From: an uncultured Gammaproteobacteria bacterium
GTDB taxonomy: Bacteria; Patescibacteriota; Patescibacteriia; Magasanikbacterales; GWA2-37-8
Reading direction: 5' to 3'
NCBI GenBank assembly: GCA_964634875.1
Contig: CAZWKA010000002.1
Coordinates: forward strand, 79,590 to 143,589
DNA: 64,000 nucleotides
Of this stretch, positions 58,515 to 64,000 are shown one piece after another. The translations under genes were made by a program, and so were the position numbers. Position 1 is the stretch's first letter. Each line of letters begins with the position of its first letter. The notes under the pieces are model-generated. The model did no database searches. It was not told where the DNA came from and saw only the letters and a list, made by a program, of their open reading frames with translations.

Positions 58515-58919
58515 TTGTCTAGACTACTTTATACAAACATTATGAATCCTCCGGCCAAGTCCGTGGAATCAAAAGAAATGATACGTGTTTCGATCTCAGA
58601 GGCGGCCCGACTTTTTGGGGTTAACACCCAAACAATTCGCAGAGCCATTAAAGCCCAAGAAATTACCTACGTCATAGTAGGCGGGCGCTACAAGCTTAAC
58701 TTTGAAAATCTTGTTAAATGGTCCCAACGCCACATTACGATTCAGAACAAGCTGGCAAAAAAAGGTATCGGGCAATTTGTAGATAAATGGAAAATTAAAA
58801 ACCCTCTTTTTTCCCCCAATCCCAAATCAATCAGCAAGCCAGGGAGCGAACCTAAAGAAGAGGCACCACTCCTCACCCCTCCTTCAGCTATCACCCCAAG
58901 CTCTTCAAAAAATCCCTAA
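58515..58919 (+). CDS. Excisionase/Xis-family helix-turn-helix DNA-binding protein
   Basis: ISEAARLFGVNTQTIRRAIKAQEITYVIVGGRYKLNFENLVKW matches the excisionase-family HTH (MerR-like). The ORF-track start is a TTG; the probable real start is the ATG at 58541. It has a Pro/Ser-rich C-terminal tail. Confidence 0.6.
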   Translation: MSRLLYTNIMNPPAKSVESKEMIRVSISEAARLFGVNTQTIRRAIKAQEITYVIVGGRYKLNFENLVKWSQRHITIQNKLAKKGIGQFVDKWKIKNPLFSPNPKSISKPGSEPKEEAPLLTPPSAITPSSSKNP

Positions 58920-59025
58920 TGCAAGGGATTTTTTGTTTGACAAAATGGGGTTTTAAGGACTATACTGGAAACAACAAAATCAAAATGTAAGCTTGCCGAC
59001 CTTGTGATTTGAAATTTTAAAAAGT

Positions 59026-60774
59026 ATGTTTAAACGCATCCACGCTTTTTTTCACACCCACTACCACAGACATTATCATGGCATTTATAAAAACCCAAAA
59101 AAACTTTTTATCTTTGACCTCTTCCTTTTGGGCACCTCGCTCATTATGCTGGGCAGCAGTTTATTCTTTTTTTTCTGGAAACCCGGCACCACCGATCTCG
59201 TTGACCTGAAAATAAGCCTTGGTGACACCCGTATCAAAAGCGGTGAAGCGGTTAAAGTCAGTGTCAATTTTACCAACCGAAATAAGTTTGAACTCACCCG
59301 CCCGACACTCGCCATTCATTTGCCTGACGGTTTTATAGTTGATCGAAGCAAAACTCCGGAAAGTGTTTTTTCGAACAACTCCATCGTTGCACTCGACACG
59401 ATCGAGCCGGGAGCAAAAGGACAGGCTGAGGTCTACGGACATCTTTTTGCAGAACCTAAAACTGACGAGCGTATACTTGCCTCACTCTCGTACCAAGCAG
59501 GTCCCGATCGAGCAGTTGAACAAAAACTGGCTTCATACTTTATCACGCTCCCCGAGAGCATTCTCCAAGATACTCTAGCCATTGCCAGCTCTAGTTTTGG
59601 CAAGCAGTCCGTGCCGTTTACGTATACTCTTAAAAATACAGGTAGTACGCCCGTAAATAACTTGGGGCTTGAGGACACCTGGAATGAACCGCTCGTTCCT
59701 GAAAATAAACGCAAAGATCTGACTTTGGCACCTGGCGAAACAATTGAGCTCAAAGGCACACTCACAGCACCTACTCAAGCCGGAGAGTATACAGTGGTTA
59801 TCCGTTCATATGTCGTTGCCAACAACCAAAAAATCACCCAATCAACCCAGCAAAAAAAATTGACCGTCATCGTTCCTGAGTTACGCTCGGAAATTAAACT
59901 TACCAAACCTGTCGCTTTTGTTGAACCTCGCCAAGAGCTTCCACTGGAAATAAGCTGGAAAAACACCAACGCATTTGCGCTCAAAAATGTACGGCTGAAG
60001 ATCACTCCTACTGCCGGACTTGTTGACCTCGCCAAAACAGGGCGTGAAAATCAGTTGAAGGTTGAAAACGGCGCGCTCGTTATCGATAGCAGCCGACGGA
60101 CAGTGCTAGGACGCGCAGAGCCTGGAGCTACAGATACGCTCGAGATCACCCTATACTTACTCCCTTCGTTCCAAGGCTCAAATAACGCCCCACGCCTGAC
60201 TATCACTCCCACACTCGAAGGCAGCACCGAGCTTATCGAGGGACAGGTTTTTAACGAGAGTAGCGCGCCGCTTATTCTCGCACTTTCAACTGACTTGGCA
60301 CTCAACGCGGAAGTACGCTACTTTACTGCCGAAGGAGACCAACTCGGCCGCGGTCCCTTGCCACCGGAAGTTGGTAATAGCACCAAATACTGGGTCTTCC
60401 TCGAACTCTTTAACACCATTAACCCCACCGAAGAAAATGCTTTAACCATCTCTTTGGCGCCGGGCGTTACCTTTACTGGCAAACAAAGTGTCACCCTGGG
60501 CAAGCCGCTCGGCACCTCTGGCGACGGACGTACACTTTCCTGGCAACACCCCGAAATTCCACCCGCCACAAAAACCGGCTGGTATTTTGAACTAGAAAGC
60601 ACTCCGACCGAAGCGAATATCGGAAAAAACCTAAGCTTAGTGCAGGGCATAACGTTTACTGCCAAAGACAGCGTGGTCAGTAAGGCATTTAGATTGCAAC
60701 CTGGAAGCCTGACAAACGTGCTCAAAGCCAATGACCGCGGTTCACGATCCGCTTCAAAAGTAATTGCACCGTAA
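59026..60774 (+). CDS. Membrane-anchored extracytoplasmic repeat protein (DUF11/CARDB-like beta-sandwich repeats?), His-rich N-terminus
   Basis: N-terminal HTHYHRHYHG segment, then a TM helix (LFIFDLFLLGTSLIMLGSSLFFFFW), then about 500 aa of Thr/Leu/Pro-rich beta-type repeats. No catalytic motifs. Confidence 0.4.
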   Translation: MFKRIHAFFHTHYHRHYHGIYKNPKKLFIFDLFLLGTSLIMLGSSLFFFFWKPGTTDLVDLKISLGDTRIKSGEAVKVSVNFTNRNKFELTRPTLAIHLPDGFIVDRSKTPESVFSNNSIVALDTIEPGAKGQAEVYGHLFAEPKTDERILASLSYQAGPDRAVEQKLASYFITLPESILQDTLAIASSSFGKQSVPFTYTLKNTGSTPVNNLGLEDTWNEPLVPENKRKDLTLAPGETIELKGTLTAPTQAGEYTVVIRSYVVANNQKITQSTQQKKLTVIVPELRSEIKLTKPVAFVEPRQELPLEISWKNTNAFALKNVRLKITPTAGLVDLAKTGRENQLKVENGALVIDSSRRTVLGRAEPGATDTLEITLYLLPSFQGSNNAPRLTITPTLEGSTELIEGQVFNESSAPLILALSTDLALNAEVRYFTAEGDQLGRGPLPPEVGNSTKYWVFLELFNTINPTEENALTISLAPGVTFTGKQSVTLGKPLGTSGDGRTLSWQHPEIPPATKTGWYFELESTPTEANIGKNLSLVQGITFTAKDSVVSKAFRLQPGSLTNVLKANDRGSRSASKVIAP

Positions 60775-60782
60775 TAAAAAAT

Positions 60783-60830
60783 AAAAAAGAACGAAAGGAA
60801 AACTTTCGTTCTTTTTTATTTTTTGTTTTT
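60783..60830. terminator. Bidirectional rho-independent terminator (aagaacgaaag-gaaaa-ctttcgttctt flanked by A and T runs)
   Basis: 11-bp stem and T-run after the repeat-protein gene. The symmetric A-run means it can also terminate minus-strand transcripts from the GC-rich island. Confidence 0.65.
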
Positions 60831-60883
60831 CCAGTAGAAGTTTCTAGCACCTAAGTAAGGTACTAAAAGCTTGGATCTACTGG
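60831..60883. repeat. Structured repeat element copy A (53 nt; terminal inverted repeat CCAGTAGA...TCTACTGG)
   Basis: It lies in the 3' UTR of GC-island gene 1, between its stop codon and the terminator. It is about 88% identical to copy B. Confidence 0.6.
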
Positions 60884-60929
60884 AAAGGAGGAAGAGACGA
60901 CCCAGCCGAACACAGGTTAGACCTGCGTT

Positions 60930-61613
60930 CTAGAACGGGGGCGGCGGGACGGGACGGCGGGGCTTCTTTTTGACCACCTTCTTCTTGGGCGGGACAACGA
61001 CCTTCTTCTTCGCACAATCCTTGGCGAGCACATCGCGATCGAGCTCGAGATCCTTGATGCGACGCTCCGCCGCGCGCTGCACGAGGGCGGCTGAGGTGCG
61101 GTAGAAAAAGTAGGTACCAGAACAGACAAGCAAGCCGACGACAGCAGCCAGCAGACAGGCCGACTTGAACAGCCTGCTGTCATCCTTGGCAGCTACAAGA
61201 GCCTGCTGCGCTTGCAACTTTTCGGCAGCCTCGGCTCGGAACAACTGATCCTTCTGATCGAGACTGGCGGCAGCGGCCTTGCGTGTGGCCTCGAGACGAG
61301 CCTCCAGCTGCTGGGCACGCTCGAGGGCGTCCTTTTCAGCACGAGTTGCCGTGCAGGCCTGCTGCTCCAGCTTATTAGCCCGAAGCGCTTCTTGGTCGGC
61401 CACCTCTTCAGCGGCCGCGGTCACGCGGCAGAGCGCAACCAGAGCGTTACACTCGAAGGGGTGAGCCTGGACCAAGTCGGCCCAGTTCATAGACACGAGC
61501 TTTGCAGGCACAGGAATCGTCTTTTTGGACATGAAACCCTCCAGTAAAAAGTTTACATACCTCTTTGAGGCATGCTTCCTTAAATACTCTATAGCTGATA
61601 GAGAACTTAACAA
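60930..61613 (-). CDS. Coiled-coil single-pass membrane protein (GC-rich island gene 1)
   Basis: Probable start at the ATG at 61532 (MSKKTIPV), preceded by a GGAGGG ribosome-binding site. Ala/Glu/Arg/Gln-rich coiled coil, a TM helix (ACLLAAVVGLLVCSGTYFFY) and a Lys/Pro-rich C-terminal tail. GC-rich codon usage unlike the neighbouring genes. Confidence 0.45.
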   Translation of the reverse strand: MLSSLSAIEYLRKHASKRYVNFLLEGFMSKKTIPVPAKLVSMNWADLVQAHPFECNALVALCRVTAAAEEVADQEALRANKLEQQACTATRAEKDALERAQQLEARLEATRKAAAASLDQKDQLFRAEAAEKLQAQQALVAAKDDSRLFKSACLLAAVVGLLVCSGTYFFYRTSAALVQRAAERRIKDLELDRDVLAKDCAKKKVVVPPKKKVVKKKPRRPVPPPPF

Positions 61614-61645
61614 AACATGCCTTATTTTTAAGGAACTAACGCCTA

Positions 61646-61674
61646 ACTATAGCACATTTTTACCCTTTTGTCAA
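61646..61674 (-). promoter_or_regulatory. Sigma70-like promoter (TTGACA-N17-TATAGT) for GC-island gene 1
   Basis: The minus-strand sense reads cTTGACAaaagggtaaaaatgtgcTATAGT, about 110 nt upstream of the ATG at 61532. Confidence 0.55.
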
Positions 61675-61680
61675 GGTTGT

Positions 61681-61718
61681 CGGCCAAAACAAAAACAACC
61701 GTTTTGTGCGGTTGTTTT
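61681..61718 (-). terminator. Rho-independent terminator (minus strand) after GC-island gene 2 and repeat B
   Basis: Stem aaaacaaccg/cggttgtttt with a ttttgtg loop. The minus-strand RNA then has a U-rich tail (uuuguuuugg). Confidence 0.5.
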
Positions 61719-61733
61719 GGCTTGAGAAACCCT

Positions 61734-61787
61734 CCAGTAGAAGTTCCTACCACCTTGGTAAAGGTAGTAAAAGCTTGGATCTACTGG
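61734..61787. repeat. Structured repeat element copy B (54 nt)
   Basis: Same position relative to GC-island gene 2 (3' UTR, before the terminator). Same outer 8-bp stem, with an inner 7-bp stem carrying a compensatory G-C to C-G change relative to copy A. Confidence 0.6.
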
Positions 61788-61868
61788 AGTGAGTATAAAG
61801 TGATGACCCTTGCCGAAAACGAGTTTTCACTCATTCTCTAGACAGCTCGGGCCACGGAACCTCTCTGG

Positions 61869-62654
61869 CTAGCTGCCCTCGGCCTTCAGACGCTGGGCGC
61901 GCAGATGGGCCTTGCGGGCAGCCTTCTTGAGGGCACGCCGCTCGTCGGCCTGGCGAGCCTCGTTGACCTGGCGCTGCAGGGCCTTCTGGCCCTGTTCGGC
62001 CTCGATCAGCTCGCGATCGCGGGCGTCCACGGCCTTCTCCAACGTACGGGCGTTCGCCTCACTGCTCGTGGCCGCAAAGCGCGCCTCGGCGATGGCACGA
62101 TCCTTCTGGATGAGTCTCTTTGCGTACTCGTTGTACTGGTAGAGACTGAAGGCCGAACAGAAGGCCGTGAACACCATGAAGACGAGGACGAAGCGGCGGC
62201 TGCGTCTCTTGGTTTTCGCTCGGTGGCTCTTGGCGAGGCTGGTGCGAACATCGGCCACAGCGTCGCGCTGATCGATGATGGTCGCGGCGAGCGCTTGCAC
62301 GAGAGCAAGGTGCGCTGCGGCCTGGTTCTTCAGCTCACGGTGGAAGTAGAGGGCAACCGCGACTCTCGCCTTTTCCGCGAGGCGAAGCTCCTCCAGGTGA
62401 CTCTGGCGCGTTTCCCGGCGCTCGGTGATGAGCTCCTGGATACGAATGGAGCGACCCACGAGATCAACCAGCAGCTGCTGGATGATGCGGCGGCTCTGTG
62501 CCAGATCGTCCTGGAGGGTGAGCATACGGAGGCCATGGCTCACCAGGGTGCTGGCGTCCGGCGTCGGATCCGCCTGGACGAGGCGGAGCGGCGGGAACTG
62601 GGGCAGCGTGGCCGAAGAGCCGGGCTTGGCATGCGAAGCGACAATATCATCCAT
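61869..62654 (-). CDS. Coiled-coil single-pass membrane protein (GC-rich island gene 2; architecture paralogous to gene 1)
   Basis: GGGAGG ribosome-binding site 5 nt upstream of the ATG. Coiled-coil regions flank a TM helix (FVLVFMVFTAFCSAFSLYQY). It has the same promoter, gene, 3' repeat and terminator layout as gene 1. Confidence 0.45.
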   Translation of the reverse strand: MDDIVASHAKPGSSATLPQFPPLRLVQADPTPDASTLVSHGLRMLTLQDDLAQSRRIIQQLLVDLVGRSIRIQELITERRETRQSHLEELRLAEKARVAVALYFHRELKNQAAAHLALVQALAATIIDQRDAVADVRTSLAKSHRAKTKRRSRRFVLVFMVFTAFCSAFSLYQYNEYAKRLIQKDRAIAEARFAATSSEANARTLEKAVDARDRELIEAEQGQKALQRQVNEARQADERRALKKAARKAHLRAQRLKAEGS

Positions 62655-62774
62655 GATGGTGTCCTCCCAAAAACAGGTTATACATCCGCACCTAGGGTTA
62701 AGGTGCGTTCCCGCAAAAGCTCAGTAAAAGCTTTTAAGGAAAAACACCTTATATTTCAAAGACCACGACAAACC

Positions 62775-62803
62775 AGCCTAGTACATTTTAGCCGTTTTGT
62801 CAA
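62775..62803 (-). promoter_or_regulatory. Sigma70-like promoter (TTGACA-N17-TAGGCT) for GC-island gene 2, homologous to the gene 1 promoter
   Basis: The minus-strand sense reads TTGACAaaacggctaaaatgtacTAGGCT. It can be aligned to the gene 1 promoter block (TTGACAAAAGGGTAAAAATGTGCTA...). Confidence 0.45.
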
Positions 62804-62835
62804 GATATGCTCAGCATTAAACCTTAATTTTAGCT

Positions 62836-62872
62836 AAAAAAAGAAAGCCCTGGCTAGGTGTACTAGCCAGGA
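62836..62872 (-). terminator. Rho-independent terminator (minus strand) after the Pro-rich lipoprotein gene
   Basis: 9-bp stem cctggctag/ctagccagg with a gtgta loop, followed on the minus strand by a U-run (from the plus-strand aaaaaaagaaag). Confidence 0.55.
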
Positions 62873-62908
62873 CTTGAAGAAGGACTCCCTAGAAGAACAA
62901 CGTGCCGC

Positions 62909-63310
62909 CTACTCAGCCAACACGCAGATCAGCTGCCACTCCTGTTGAGTAGCCGGAGCCGGAGGGGGCGGTGGAGGAGGGGCCGGTGGAAGTGGCGGGT
63001 TTGGAGGGGGCGGATCAAGCCGACCGAGTTGGACAGTGAAACCGTCTTGCCCCGGGGGATTACAGAGCACGGTATCACCACTTCGAACGCACTCCAGCAC
63101 TGTCCTTGCGCGTTCACCGGTAGTGATAGTACATCGGCTTGGCGCTCGCGGGATCACTGCCAAAATATCGGGGGCGACAGGAATGAACTCTACGTCCGAC
63201 TCATGACTGACGGTCGACCCAAAGCCTCCACCAACACCATAGGCAACCAAGGCCGGACAACCTGGTAACAGCACAAGCACACACGGCAAAAAACACGTCG
63301 TGAGCTTCAT
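62909..63310 (-). CDS. Putative lipoprotein with poly-proline C-terminal region
   Basis: Signal peptide with a lipobox-like LLPGC and a C-terminal PPPPNPPLPPAPPPPPPPAP stretch. GC-rich. Followed by a rho-independent terminator. Confidence 0.4.
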   Translation of the reverse strand: MKLTTCFLPCVLVLLPGCPALVAYGVGGGFGSTVSHESDVEFIPVAPDILAVIPRAPSRCTITTGERARTVLECVRSGDTVLCNPPGQDGFTVQLGRLDPPPPNPPLPPAPPPPPPPAPATQQEWQLICVLAE

Positions 63311-63389
63311 GGCTGACTCCTTTCGTGAACCAAAAGATCAGAACTACATCGTAAGATAAACATTTTTTTGCCGTAACGTCAATACAGAT

Positions 63390-63998
63390 TTAGTGCTTAC
63401 CCGAGAAAGCAGACGCCAATTTTTGAAGCCGCTGTACCTGGTCAACTTTTTCCCAAGAAAATCCCTCTTTTCCAAAATGTCCGTAGCTCGCTGTAGCTCG
63501 GTACATCGGCCGAAGCAACTGCAGCTGTTCAATAATTTTACCCGGACGAAAATCAAAAACACGTGCAATTATTTTTACCAGATCCGCGTCAGCGATCGCA
63601 CTGGTACCAAAGGTATTTACATTAATGCTCGTTGGCTCTGCTTTACCGATGCAATAAGCCACTTGGACTTCACACCGTTCGGCCAAACCGGCAGCGACCA
63701 TGTTTTTGGCCACATAGCGAGCCATGTATGCGCCCGAACGATCTACCTTTGATGCGTCTTTGCCTGAAAAGCAGCCCCCGCCATGCCGACCCATGCCGCC
63801 GTAGGTATCGACAATAATTTTGCGCCCCGTCAGCCCCGCATCACCATGTGGGCCACCGACCACAAAGCGGCCAGTCATATTAATATGGAACTCAGTTTTC
63901 TTGTCGAGGTAGCGGGCGCACACAGGATTAATAACGTGCTTAATGATATCGGCGCGTAATTTTGTGAGCGACACTTTTTCATCATGCTGGGCTGACAC
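63390..63998 (-). CDS. metK: S-adenosylmethionine synthetase (methionine adenosyltransferase), C-terminal part; gene continues beyond the window end
   Basis: [21 protein letters not shown] and [26 protein letters not shown] motifs of MetK. The ORF is open at the window edge. Confidence 0.85.
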   Translation of the reverse strand: MSAQHDEKVSLTKLRADIIKHVINPVCARYLDKKTEFHINMTGRFVVGGPHGDAGLTGRKIIVDTYGGMGRHGGGCFSGKDASKVDRSGAYMARYVAKNMVAAGLAERCEVQVAYCIGKAEPTSINVNTFGTSAIADADLVKIIARVFDFRPGKIIEQLQLLRPMYRATASYGHFGKEGFSWEKVDQVQRLQKLASAFSGKH

Positions 63999-64000
63999 CA

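Noticed and set aside
60831-61787. Reading the two 53-nt repeats as integron attC sites flanking a gene cassette
   Set aside because: The terminal sequences (CCAGTAGA/TCTACTGG) do not match the attC R''/R' core consensus (RYYYAAC/GTTRRRY). No intI integrase or attI is present. The element sits upstream of a terminator inside a transcript.
61905-62837. 310-aa plus-strand ORF covering the same DNA as GC-island gene 2
   Set aside because: The product is low-complexity Gly/Leu/Ala/Arg-rich, typical of the antisense frame of a GC-rich coiled-coil gene. It has no ribosome-binding site or promoter. The minus-strand gene has a GGGAGG ribosome-binding site, a promoter, a terminator and a paralogous neighbour.
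62945-63268. 107-aa plus-strand ORF antisense to the Pro-rich lipoprotein gene
   Set aside because: It is an Arg/Trp-rich product from the antisense of a poly-Pro (ccn) stretch. It has no translation signals.
1-64000. CRISPR arrays, tRNA or rRNA genes, insertion sequences and integrases
   Set aside because: No regularly spaced short direct repeats, no cloverleaf-like conserved tRNA segments in the intergenic spacers, and no transposase or integrase-like ORFs were seen. The only mobile-element hints are the Xis-family HTH and the GC-rich island.

Overview
The window is about 64 kb of a compact, moderately AT-rich genome (roughly 43-45% GC by eye) with very short intergenic spacers. The organism is probably an uncultivated bacterium; two O-antigen-ligase/TPR fusion proteins, an abundance of PMT/ArnT-type GT-C enzymes and an ArfB gene are CPR/Patescibacteria-like, but this cannot be proven from sequence alone. 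Positions 1 to about 47.9 kb form one very large glycoconjugate biosynthesis and modification locus, almost entirely on the minus strand. It contains an acetamidino-sugar/CMP-nonulosonate module (NeuA-like cytidylyltransferase with a WbuX/PseA-like amidotransferase and HisH/HisF paralogs). Next to it is a complete PAPS sulfation module: a pyruvate-kinase-like domain fused to ATP sulfurylase, CysC, a sulfotransferase and CysQ, with a cation/proton antiporter embedded. It also holds GDP-mannose dehydratase paralogs (Gmd plus an Rmd-like paralog), a UDP-glucuronate decarboxylase, and an FdtA-like ketoisomerase with a DegT aminotransferase. Four GtrB-like GT2 enzymes are each paired with large polytopic GT-C membrane glycosyltransferases, and there are about nine GT4 glycosyltransferases. 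Three SAM methyltransferases, a GT4-FkbM methyltransferase fusion, an MBOAT/SGNH O-acyltransferase pair and an AsnB-type amidotransferase complete the locus. Downstream lie ArfB, a TPR protein, a 1241-aa Ser/Thr-rich secreted surface protein preceded by an ECF sigma/anti-sigma pair, and an Xis-family HTH gene behind a promoter dense with palindromes. These are followed by a membrane-anchored repeat protein, a roughly 2.4-kb GC-rich island, and a partial metK gene. The GC-rich island carries two paralogous coiled-coil single-pass membrane protein genes, each with its own sigma70-like promoter, a conserved structured repeat of about 53 nt in the 3' UTR, and a terminator. It also carries a Pro-rich lipoprotein gene. 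No rRNA, tRNA or CRISPR array was recognised. All calls are from reading the sequence and motifs by eye, without HMM or BLAST.
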